A DNA stretch of 58,692 nt, counting the filler, from Sphacelaria rigidula (lineage: Eukaryota): the NCBI GenBank assembly GCA_964200075.2. It is 6 parts of 6 records of this genome, joined end to end, with 100 filler letters (N's around TTAATTAATTAA, not from the genome) between each part and the next. Parts side by side here need not be neighbours in the genome. Positions count along the whole stretch, not along the records: positions 29,399 to 39,096 come from CAXNAA020007940.1; positions 39,197 to 48,894 come from CAXNAA020007941.1; 4 more parts are not named here. One strand, written 5' to 3'. Position numbers and translations under genes: made by a program. How positions within the stretch are numbered: position 1 is the first letter of the stretch; each line of letters begins with the position of its first letter. The notes under the pieces were generated by a model that worked only from the letters and a program-made list of their open reading frames with translations, was not told the origin of the DNA and ran no database searches. This document shows positions 34,501-46,350 of this stretch, piece after piece.

Positions 34501-37330
34501 CTACGACGGCTGATCTTATTTCTGACGGGGTATTTTCCGTTTCAACTAATACTGCAATCTCACTCCGTGCGGGCACATTGCATTTCTTCGTGAGAAAAAC
34601 TGGAACAGCGTCTGAACAGTTCACACTGACTACAGAATAGTGTGTGGTTTCGGGGTGTGTTGTATTTTGTGAACGCTGTTGTTTTCGATGCGATGCTTTG
34701 GTTTTTATACTGGAATCACGGAATGTTAGCTCTTCCGCTTGCCAGTCGAGTATAGCTTGGAAAGCACTCATAACGGAATTGTCCAGTAACAGGCAATCCG
34801 GTCCTAGGTTAGGCAATACGAACGCTTCTACTGGTAGGGTTTTTATCCCTAACGTAAGTTCGAAACGTATGAAACCTAGAATTTTCATGGGGGAGCCATC
34901 CGCACTTCTGAGGTCTATCGATCCCGGCGGTACTGGCTTTATATCAGCTGCCATTATGACCGGGTGTTCATCGATGAACTTTTTGCTGATACAGGGCACG
35001 TCTGCTGCGGAATCAATTGTGATTTTTTCAGCGGGGGTGCCGTTTACTCTGGCTGTGACACTCACACGGGCTGATGCACAGGACAGTGTTGAAGGTGCAA
35101 CTTTATATCTGGCAAGCGACGATGCGTTGTAAGAGCCATAACAGTGACCATTCAGGATCGGGTTTGAAAACGAAGATTGGTGTTTCGATTTTTTATTTTT
35201 CTGCAATGAGTTACTCACAAAAGCCGCCTGCGGAGCTAAAAATATACGTTGCGTCTGTTCTACGAATTCGCTATTTGTACTCTGCTCTCTGCTGCTATGC
35301 TCCTGCTCGTGCTCATCTCGTACATGGTTGACCTCTACCCGAGACCTCTTACGCATTCTCCGTGGTTGGTCTACCGTACTGTCAGAAAAATAAAACTCTC
35401 CCATCTTACGAGCCAGAGGGTTGACGATTTCGCGTCCTTCTGTTTCCCTCGATTTTCCACGTAAGGATTTACCGTTTCTGCCCTGATCAGACGAGGGCTC
35501 CTCTCTTGGGCGTCTTCACAGGTTGTACTTTTTTGCAAACTCTACATGGCTCTGCATAAGGCGGCAATCCGCTGTTTCGTGTGTGTTCTTGTACCTGCAT
35601 GGTGCGTACTTACAACGGGCCGATTTTTTCGTTTTACCGCTCAGCTGCTTGTCGTTGGATGTACTCTTATCGTTACTGTCTTTGAAGCGTACTCTTTTCA
35701 ACTCTCCCCCTGGTCTATTCGGGCTCCTGTCTCTGCTAGCAGACCGTTTCTCGGCTCTCCCTCTTTCTCCTTTGGTTGTTAATAACGGCGACTGAAGATC
35801 CGTAAGCATTGCGCCATGATCGGCTATCATTTTCGCTAGCTGTGGGAGTGGGGAATTTTCGGTTGCGGCCGAGACATGGGGAGTATCTCCAGTTTGGTTT
35901 GGCCATGTGCGGAGATTGTTTTGTTGTGCTTTTTCGCTCGTGCTGTCGCACTTCGGAAGTCGAGCGTACTATCTTCTCTCACCATTTCAACTCTGATATG
36001 GGGTTTGAGCCCGGTCTCAAATGCTGCTATTGTGATCACGTTTATTATGAAGCGAAGCGTGTCGTGGCCAGGGAATTTCACCCGCAAGGCCTCGGTCACG
36101 AATCTGTCCATCAAAGTCGTACACTCCAGTGCATAGTCGTCTACGTTTTGATCTTCTTTCTGTTTCAGATCGGCTATCGCACGGGCTAACGGTGCCAGTT
36201 GGTTGGGTGGAGAGAAGCGATGTCTGTAGGCCGCTACCCATTCTGTCCGCGTTTTCGGGGCGACGGGCGCGGTATATTTTCCTCTCGATTTGAGGTCTTG
36301 CAGTACAGCTAGTGGACGCCACTCTACTTTTGCGCTTCCGAGAGGGGTGTACAACCTTTCTGCTGACCCTCTGAGGATAAGTGGTAAGTGTTTTATGGCG
36401 TGCCGTTGTACTGTGGATTCTGTGCAATCGTCAGGGGCATGAACCCTAACTCGATTGAGGAACGCATCGAGAATTGCTGGCACGTCCTCACTCCGTTTTC
36501 CTTCTAGGATTAACGTTGATGGGAGATCCGATTGTTTCATCGAAATTTTTGAGTTCTCATGGTGCTACGATGGCTTGTAGATGGATGGCGGAGTCAGCAC
36601 TGAACTACACAGAGGCTCTACGTTGTGGCTGTTTTCTTGTGCGTTAGTGAGGCTTGTTGGCGGATCTAGCGTCAGAGTCCCTGAGCTTTCTGTTGGTTGG
36701 ATCGGCGCAGTGTTAGGCAGTTCGACCTCGAAATTATCGACTGGATCGTTGACACTATCCTGGGGTTTACTTGTATTGTTTTGTAGCATCGTACTGTTAC
36801 TTAGATGTTCTATTTCCGATGCCACTGGGTTGCTCGATTTCGATTCCTGTGAAACTCCCTGCTCTTGCGGTACCGAAAACCCCAAAGCTTGCATCACCCA
36901 TGGAGCTGGCTCCGTACCTCCTCGTCGCTCCTCTCCAACGCCCTATATGCGAGCTCTACTGCCTTTTCTTTGATGGTGGCTTTTGGCGTAGGGGTTGGTG
37001 TAGAGGACGAGGATAGTTTGGTGGGGTCGCGAAGCGCATCAAACCTACGGGTGGACACCTGACGGATATCGGTGCTCCGCTCAGAGTCATCAGAGTTGTC
37101 GCTGCCGCTTTCCCCCTCGTGGCTATACGGAGGTTGAGCGGGCAGGGTTGTGTCGGCCGGCGCAGGTACTACTGGTTGTGCTGCGCCTCTGGACTCTACC
37201 GCTTTCGCCGCCGAGGTGGAAGCTGATCGCGTGACGGCCGCGGTTGGATGCTGGAGGGTCTTCGCGGTGATCCTTCCCTGAGTAGTTGTTCTGGTGGATT
37301 TTTTGTAGGCGGATTTCTTTCTCGGCATGG
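31560..37330 (-). mobile_element. Decayed Ty3/gypsy LTR retrotransposon, gag-pol nearly complete
   Basis: Gag-like ORF pieces at 37328-35516 with capsid-like AIADLKQKEDQNVDDY and zinc knuckle CKYAPCRYKNTHETADC; protease IDSAADVPC; RT DVQSAFRQI..KTAF..RLPFG..MDNII; RNase H VDASD..KEC..TDHAAL..PDTLSR; integrase GGHLG..YYWPSM, VSVDLV, DHLTSY, LHSDQG, RPQGNSVSERVH. Several stops and frameshifts. Integrase C-terminus is lost near 31580. LTRs not identified. Confidence 0.95.
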
Positions 37331-38254
37331 TGAAAGACGTGTGCCCTACTACTAGATGTCTTACTTGAGTTCTATTCTGGTGTCGCCAATGTAAGGAGGA
37401 CGTATCCGAGGGGGGACAGACTAAGGGAGAGGCTGTCCCAAGAGATGCCGTCCTGATGCCGAAGGAACTCCGAAGCTGACGATGATTTCCTGTTGTGAGA
37501 TATAGGCAAGAAGTTGGGTCAGACACAGAGTGGTCGCTGGAGGCGACCAGTTCCTCGGGAGATGTTGGACCGTCCTGAATATTAGGCTCTTCCTGGCATC
37601 ACCCCGAGTTGTCTAGTTTCGTTGGCATTACAGGGTCCTCGGGAATCTGATCCATTCGGACCGTTCCCACTTGTACCTGCTTGCTCTGGCTCTTTTTACA
37701 CGTGTGACTTCAGTCTCTGATATGTTACTGCAAAGAGGTATTCCCGACATTTGTACTAGGAGATGGATCGTGGCCTCAAAAGGCGCTGCCTCAGCTCAAA
37801 CTTAGAAATACTCATCTTACACAACTGTCATTTACCACACCTAAAACCAGAAATAGAACCAAAACATGCCTCGTAATATCCCCAAAACAAGGGACACTAT
37901 AAAAGCTCGTTGTAGCCCATGACCGGTACATTGGTCTCTTGCGACCTGCCGAGCACCGGTTGATACTCTGCGGGACGATGAAAACTGACTATCCAAGTCT
38001 CAAGTGAAACTCGTGCACGGTACACAGACGGAATCAACCATGAGATGCATCCTAAATCCGTGACTATCGGAACATATCTTACGTTCACACGTGTCCGATA
38101 GAACTACTAGTACTCCCCGAAAACCGTTCCTCAAAGTACCATCACAATAGCCCACTCTGAAGCGTGAGTTTGCAGAAGCTCAAGCAGCTTCGAATATTCG
38201 CGTCTTACCACAATCTTCCACGTCACAATAAAGGGGCAAGAAGACGAAGCGACA

Positions 38255-39030
38255 AGGCAACGGGGGAGTAGCCTAGCTGACAAACAACACCCTTCAGCAT
38301 CAGCGCATGACCCGCGTGGTTGCACCATCAACCAATCTCTGATGCACAAGAAGCAGACAAAACCAAAAGCAACGTGGGAGTTGCCTAGAGTGACAGCGAC
38401 GGCCTTCAGCATCAGCGCGTGACCCGGATGGTCGTACTATCAACCCACCGACACATAGCACAAAGAATCTACGATTCGCCGTCAAGATCAGCCTATGATT
38501 CGGACGGTCTCACGGTCAAACGCTCTCGAAACCCACATAAGACAGACTCTTCGTCCTTATGAAACTGGGACTCTAGTACCAATCGTCAAACGAACATCAA
38601 AGGGGAGTGCGACACTCGCGGTAAGATTTCACGTGATTCGGTTTCAAAGGTCCCGCCAAGGCATGACAATCAAAACGACATCACTCCCAATATTGAGGTG
38701 GTGCATGCAAAACTCATACCGGTGTACAGACCGACGAGATAGCTTGTTGTATATGGCCTAGGAGCGGCAACAGTAGCGGATTGAGGCTCCAGGATCGTGC
38801 AGCGATAGTCGCGACACGACGCGTACTGAGGAAGCCCAGGGGTATCGGTCATCCGTCTTTGCACACGCGGAAAAGCAAAATCTAGAATTGTTGAACACAA
38901 AACACGTGACAACTTTCTGAGGAAGCCCTTGGTGTGTCGATCATCAGTTTGCACGAATGTTAAACACACGGCCGGTTACGTAAGTAACAATTACTGAGGA
39001 ATTCCTTGGGTATCGGTCATTCGTTTTCGA
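38255..39030. repeat. Tandem direct repeats upstream of the gypsy gag (2 x about 113 bp; 3 x about 80-90 bp)
   Basis: GCAACG.GGGAGT.GCCTAG...CCTTCAGCATCAGCGC.TGACCCG occurs at about 38257 and 38369. TGAGGAA.C..GG..T.TCG.TCAT occurs at about 38827, 38918 and 38995. Confidence 0.7.
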
Positions 39031-40090
39031 AAATAACAGCCGATCCTAATTTTTGGGGTTGAAACATAAAATGAGGTTGAAGTCCCATTCCTCCATNNNN
39101 NNNNNNNNNNNNNNNNNNNNNNNNNNNNNNNNNNNNNNNNTTAATTAATTAANNNNNNNNNNNNNNNNNNNNNNNNNNNNNNNNNNNNNNNNNNNNGCCA
39201 TTCCACGTGTCTGGGCTGCGTGTACCTGGGTTGCAACGCTGACAACAAAGCCTAGGGGTTGATTGGTACGAGTCGAATCAATATTACTGAAACCAAGTAA
39301 TATCCAGACGAATCCTCGTTTGTCCGACCCTTGACACTGATGTTGTTTCCCCGGTCGTTTGGTCGCATGGTGAAATCAACAAGGATGGGAAGAGAATGGG
39401 TTACAACCCGATAAATCCCCGAAAAACGTCGAGAAAAAAAAAAGTCCGACAATCGGACATGGTCAAGGGTCCGTGTAAGCCCAAGGACCCTAACGTTTCA
39501 AACAAAAGGAGTATGCGGCGTGGCTATCGATCGCCCCAGTACCGCTGAGTCAGACACCGACAAAACTCACGGCTGGATCATTCGCGGAGGACGATCGAAA
39601 GGCGCACCCGCCTTGCTTGGCTGTGCAAAATGCTTCTTCACACCTATAGGACGAACCCTTTTTTGGCATCACTTTGACCAACCGCTCATTTCATGCGAGC
39701 GCCCATATACCCCTGCCCAAAACGAGAATCTTCCTTGAGTCACTTTAGTCACTTGCGGGGGCTCTCAACGGGTGCCGGGACGAAATCCCAGGGAGAGGGT
39801 CAAATTCAACGGTCACAGCATCACAAACTTCACGTTCATCGAAAGTTCGACGAGAACCCCCGTCCAAGTCTTGAGTTTGTGGACGAAAGCATCTCGTTCC
39901 AGGACAAAACGACACCTTTCGCCGGATCGCATCCCTCTGCGTCTCAGAGAAATGAAAGTGTAAATACCTCTTGGACTTTTTACAAATTTGAAGTATGCAA
40001 CTGATTTTTTCGTCTGGAGGTCTTGTTTCCTCGAGATTACAACTCCTCACCCTCCTCCCTCGATCTTCTCGTTTTGCCTCTCCCCCTCAG

Positions 40091-43000
40091 CGATCCTCCG
40101 GGCCGTCTTCCCGCTCCTATGCTCCTTCGCCCTCTTACCGGGGCGGGGGCGGCGTGAGCGTTATGCCGGTTCCCGTCCCCATGGGCGGCGGATTCGGTTT
40201 TTCGCCTTTTGGCTTTGGCTCACCCTTCGGATACTCTCCGTTCGGGGCGCCTGGCGTATCTTTTTACGGCGGCGGGTTCGGCGTGAGCCCCGTCGACATC
40301 CTGCTGTTCGGCGGCCTCGCGTACGGTCTGTCCCAGGCTGTCAAGGTATGTTTGATGTCACCCTCGGGTGTGACTCGTGGTACTCACTTGCGTCCGATAG
40401 CACAGAGGCAGGCGGCTGTATGTTTTGTTTGAGGACATTGCGGGGGTTGGGTAGGGTAGTCGCCACTGCTTGACATCTACTCGGTTGTGGAGGTTCTGAA
40501 CGGTGGATGTGCTACTTCTCGTGAAGAACGCCAGTAATGAGAGACAAGTTTGGCGTGTGGTGTTGCGTCGGTGCTGGAGAAGACGGGGCTTCGCGTGTCT
40601 CGGCCAAGTTCCTGTGGTAAGCGCGTTTCTCCCATCTCTTGTGCTGGGCTTCACGTCGAGCACGCCATCCTTTGCGATAATTGCTTGCGTAACTCGGCCA
40701 AACAAGAACATATCGGTTTTTGTCGAGTACGCGTTTCTTCAGCGGTGATACCTCTCTTGCCTTCGACGCCGTATTTTCGCTAAGCATGCCCCTGGAACGC
40801 AACTGAAAACCCCTGCAGTGCTGCCGACTGTTGGATTGTGGAACGAGGATGAGTCCTGATTTATGCGCTTCGAGATCCTCCTTGTCGTATACTCGTCGTG
40901 TTTTATCTACATCTAGCGAGCGTCACGATACTAGGTGCAATTCCCGCGTGGCGTGTTTTTGATGCTAGAGTTCCCTTGCGACGAGTACCCCCGTCGGTTT
41001 TGCACTACTGTGCCATGATCCAGTGTACTAGCACTGAAAATTTACAGCATGGGATACAGTGATGTAATTAGATGACGCTCGCATCGAATGATCCATGATG
41101 TAACGGTCATTCGACTGATGATCTTGGAGGTGCTATGAATGCGGCCGTTGTTTCACTTTGTTGTACTCTTTCCAAAATACTAGATTTTTTCTAGTTCATC
41201 TCCCCCAAAACATGATTGCCAGAAATCATCCGACGCTAGATTTCGTAGAAATCAGCTGTCAGTCTTGAACTGATGTATCGCCTGATTTGCTCAACTCTTG
41301 GACGGCGAATGTAGGTCGTCTGTTGGATCGGCATCAATTTCACTTGAATAAGTTATGCATGGTCCAGATGGACCACCCTCGTGGTGTACGGGTTGAGGAA
41401 TCTGTCCCTACATTTGTCCGGAGGAGTTTTTCGCTTGAAAAGATCATGGATCTCGGGTTGAAAAGATGGAAGTCTCTGATGATACCCTGTACAAGCACTT
41501 ATCCGCTGCGACATCCTGTCGCGGTCACGAGAAACACCGTCCGATGCAATTGATATTGGTCCCTTCCCCTTCCTATTCGATTACAGGGCGGCGGAGTCAG
41601 CTTTGGCAACATGGATGACGCACCGCCGTCTAGCCTTGGGGAAGGGGTGGACGTGCTCAAGCTACAGGTGGCGCTCAACTGCCGCGACCGCAGCCGAAGC
41701 TCGATTCTAGGTTAGCGGGGAGTGTGCGCGTGCATAATGACCATACATGTAGTCAGGCAGTGCCGTCATGTACCCTGGCGGTACCCACACGTAAAGAAGC
41801 AGGAGATCGTGAGGTCCCCCCGTTTTACTCGAGAAGAAGAGCACTCACCACGACAAGAAGTTGTCGATCACGCCTCATCCAGGTCTCATTTTGTTGTGGT
41901 CAAAGTTGATTGATTGCTTGTTCGATTTCGCACGTTGAGTGATCCTCGAGGGGGCCAGCAGTTGTTACAAGGTGGATGTGCCTAAAGTGAGTACAACAAA
42001 AGCAGGCTTCTGATGATTGATGATTCGTGTGAAAATTATTGACCAAACGGCGGAGAAGCGCCAGAAAGCAAGTGAACAGGGTGTAGTTTTTTTTACAAAT
42101 GAGAAGTGACCTTAGACCGCTTCCTACCTCTTTTATTCGCTTGGTTTTTCAGTCTGCCCGAGAGACGTTTGTTCTAGTTTTTGCTCGCCAAACAGGGATT
42201 ATCGCCATCAATCTAATTGTCTCGGACACCTGTATCACCCCACCCGAACGAGTCTAGACCACCATTTTCTATTGTAATTGATTTGTACTGTACGAATCAA
42301 TCCTTGTGTTTTGTTCTCAATTTTGTACCCCAAGCACGCGCACCAAAGGCACGTGAAATAGCACAGAAAGTGCGCAGAAAAGTTTTTGACCCGCGGTCGT
42401 TTTTATGTCTTTCCGAGCAAACAGGCCTCAGAAATGAAAGATTTGATGTTTCGAACCAGTAACAATTCGTCGGATCCGAGAACAAAAGCACCCGCTCGAA
42501 ACGAATATATGTGAAAGCAGGTGTTCAGACCTGATCCGCTTGACCTGTCGAACCCTTTGATTGACAGTGTGGGTCATCTCTTAATTCGGCACACATTTTC
42601 CCCCTTGGGATGGACTGGATGGCGCGGATTACCTACCCTGGCGGTCGAAGGGTTGACTGACGTGCCCCGGCCCGTCACTAAACATGGACTGTTTTTTTGC
42701 GTAGTGAGCTGCTGCGAAGTGTGTACCACGTGTGAAGTTCCCCAAAAGAAACATTCGTTGCAAAATTTACATAAGCTTTGCGCAAATCAAGAGTGTGGGA
42801 TGTCCCCGCCCGGCGGACAACAACCTCGGAAATTTCCCACTTTGTTCATTTTGACCCGCGTTGTTTGCCGGAGGTACGTTGATGCGCAGTGCGCTCGTCG
42901 AGACGGTGTTTTTTTCAGCGCAGCGTATAAAAAAAAGTTTGGAGAATGTCAAAATACACTAGGTAGTTGGGGTTGTGCACGGTAAGTGTACGGGTCATTG

Positions 43001-46000
43001 TTCCAAGTACACTGGCAAACCATGTCGGCCGCAGCACATCTTGTCATTTGCGGCATTCGACCAGGCCGGTGATACGTTGGGTCACCAGATGAGAAGCCCT
43101 CCTGCTAGGTCACTTTCTCGTGGCAACCGCTGACTTCGTGACGGATTGGTCGGTATATTACCCTCTATGAAGTAACTCCATCTCCTACTCCCATAAGATT
43201 CTGGGAAATGGGCACGAATGTTTTCAACGGTGTTCGAAACTGTGGAAAAATTGTACCCCACGAAGGCGCCCCTTGATGTTTTTGTTCGGTGTGCGGATCT
43301 GTGGAGAAGGATAACCCCCGAAAGCAAAGGACCCATAAACATCGTTCACAATGCCCTGTTCACATGCAGTGGATTTCGACAGTCACACCCGCAGGTGCAC
43401 GCCGCGGAGTACCCGGTGCTGCATACCCCTGTACTATGCAGACCAAAATCACCATTTTTTCTGCAAAACTTCTAGTTCTTGTCTCCCCAGGGTCCCGTTC
43501 CTTATGGAATACATTATTCTCAAGGAATCATGAATTCCCATCTCTCTCGAGGAACGGGCTGATGAATGTTTGAAATTCACTCAGTCGGGAAAATCTTTCT
43601 GAAGGTTGAAGAATGCACCGTTTCGCCGTACACATGTAGTAGCTCAAGTGCGCGAGGGCCCTTTCGTCTGGCGCGAACAAACATAGCAATGAGTAGTGCT
43701 ACGACACCGGGGGGGGGGGGGGGCGATCTCGTTCGTTGCTTTCTCTCGTTGTTCGACCACTGATCAATTGTTGGTGACGAGAGTTATCTATCGGTTACAA
43801 CGAGTTCAAACAAACACTCCTGCTTTCGTTGAAAAAATGGCCCCATCTACTCTCTCATGCTCGCCCTATCGTAGGATGACGCATTAACAGCCGAATTTCG
43901 AATGCAATGCAGGCATGCTGGAAGACCTCTCGCAGCGCGGTGACACGGAGTCTCGCGAGGGACTTGCCTCCCTCGTGAGCGAGGTCTGCGTTGCCCTCGC
44001 CCGCAGACAGAGCGACTGGCTGGCGTCGGCGTCCAAGCTGGAGCACTTCAACAACCGAAACTCGGAGAGGGCGGAGGCGACGTTCAGTCAGTACACGGTG
44101 CAAGTCCGCACGAAGGTGAAATGCTGTTCTGGTGAAAATGTAGTGCTCGTGACAGTTTGAATTGCGTTCGAGTGAAAACAGCGGGTGCGGGAGGTTGACT
44201 GTCCCGGAAACGATGCAGGAGTGCGAATGGGGTTGGGGAGTACTATGACTTCGCTTTTTTTGTTCCTCACAGGTTCGTGCCACGGACCGTGGATGCACAT
44301 GTTGCACAGCTTTTTTTTAGTTGTCATCAATTTGTGCACCATGTTTATCATTCTGACGATATGTGTTGCTTTTTTTCTTCTTCTCGTCGCTGTTGCACGT
44401 GAGCCGTTCGAATGTCAAGTATAGTAGCTTTGATTCGAGTACACAGCTGCCGCTCTCTGTCATCGAGACTTGATACTTACGCGATGGTCCCCGTGCATTG
44501 TGTGTACCGTTACTCTGCACTTGTGATACTTGTGTTTCCTGGAACGAAATGTTTCATGCTACTTTTGATTCGTCGGCTCCCGAGTGTGCTCGCTGAGTGT
44601 TGTACGTCGACCCTGCTGAAAATTTCCAACTTGTTTCTCGCTGGCTGTTGTTATTTCATGTTTCAAATGGACGCACTGGAAGCGTCGGCGTTCTCGTGTT
44701 GTTGACATTTGTGTTGGGGGTATCTCGAGTTTCGAATATACGCTGATGGTTCGTCTCTCTCTCGTTTTTCGTTGGCCCCTGCTCCCACGCGTCGTTGACA
44801 GATGCAAGAGCCACACATTGCATGGACGAGCAGACGTACACTGAAATTCATCGTGTCTGTTTTGTTGGCCGTTTTTCCTTTCCCATATCTTCAGGGTCAA
44901 CTTGAAAACGAGCGCCACGTCAAAATCTTGACCGATTCTTGCAAAACGCCTCCTCACTCCGTTCTCGACTTGTTTCTTCAATCGATTGTGGACAGATTGA
45001 GAACGAAACCAGGGCGGTCGTCGGCGGCCGGGACGTCTCCTCGCAATTTTCTTCCAGGGGAGGGCTAGGCTCGGGGGGTCCCACGGTGGCAGTCGTAAAT
45101 CTCGTGATCGCGTTGCGAGGGGACGAACTCAAGCGTCTTGGGCTTGACCGCAGCGTCAACAGCATGTCGGGTAAGATATTGATATCGTTGATCGGGTGTC
45201 GTTTGCCGTCTCATGTGTTGTGCATGTTGTCGTTATCGGTTTGTGTGTGTTGTTGTCTCGTCTATTCTGGACGTCGGCTACGGCTAACCTCTCGGTGTAT
45301 GTGGGGGCACCAGCCGGGGTCACACAGCAGGAAGACGAATACGAAAGTTTTTCCTTCTTGTTTGGTTTGAGTTACCCACCTTGCTTCTGCGGTGCCTGCG
45401 TTTCTTTTATCGCAAGGTGTGTGTGTGTTTGTTGCCGTACCATCTATTCTGGACGCCGGTCTACCACTCTCGGTTTATGTGGGTGTACCGACCGGGGTTA
45501 CACGGCAGGAAGGCCAACACGGGAGTTTTTTTCTTTCTTGTTTGTCTCGAGTCCTCCACCTTCCTTCCGCAGTGCTTGCCTTTTTTTTTCATCGAGAAGC
45601 TGGCTGTTATCAGTGACGTCGCTGCGTGGTACTCTCATGCTTCCACATTTTTTTGGCCCCATGTTTTTAGTTTCTTGTCACACAAACTGAAAAGCTGCCG
45701 GCATCTCAAAAATTGTGTGGAACGCTCCCGTAGTGTCTTCCATGTTTTTTTTTTGGGGCGCATGGCTCCTGAACCTGTTTTTCCGTGAAATATTGTCTCG
45801 ACGCATTTTCCCCGAATCCCCATGAGGTGGATATTGCAAGCGTGCGTGTAAATAGCGAATCGAATCGGTGATGAAACGGCTAGATCTCGCTACGCACGGT
45901 GACATGGCAGCAGTGCGGGGTTTGAAACGCAACATCTTCACCCCCACCCATGGAGAGGACCATCGTATCCGCCTAACCCTATCGTCGCTTGTTTGCTCAA

Positions 46001-46350
46001 ATTTCAGATGAACTCTCCGTAATAGATCCTCGCATGAACAGAGTCGCCCCCATCAAACGATTCGGAGACCGTCGAGAATAAATCAACCCCCTAGCTGGAA
46101 ATTCTAGTATCATCCATCATTACAACAACGCGCATGGCACTTCTTTGAACCAACCCACTCCTTTTTTTTCTTTCTCATTTTCAAATGACCAGGCCTCCGC
46201 ACCGCCCTGGAGACGTTGGCCGCGGGATCAATGAGCGACGGCGGCGAGAATGTGCTCGCAGCCGAGGTTCTCTGGACCCCGGAGGAACCGTCGGAGGTGC
46301 TGACACGAGAGGATGCCATCATGGACTTCCCCGAGCTGCTGGACATTTAG
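40091..46350 (+). CDS. FLAP1: DUF1517-family protein (FLAP1-like), 5' exon(s) outside this contig
   Basis: Exons 40091-40345, 41587-41710, 43913-44115, 44996-45170 and 46193-46350 splice in frame at AG/GT (phases 0,1,0,1) to a TAG. The protein has a Gly/Pro/Phe-rich region plus TM, then VLKLQVAL, DTESREGLASLVSEVCVALAR, AEATFSQ, IENET, VAVVNLVIALRG and AAEVLWTPEEPSEVLTREDAIMDFPEL, matching the DUF1517 motif series. Confidence 0.9.
45242..45600 (-). mobile_element. Two tandem SINE body copies in the last DUF1517 intron
   Basis: Each starts (TG)n-TTG..TATTCTGGACG...CCGGGGT.ACAC.GCAGGAAG...CTTC.GC.GTGC, the reverse complement of 30200-30370. Confidence 0.65.

Noticed and set aside
3128..46350. 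Apparent cluster of plastid-related genes (DUF2061, purF, FLAP1)
   Set aside because: The genes are on different, artificially joined contigs, so there is no evidence of linkage.
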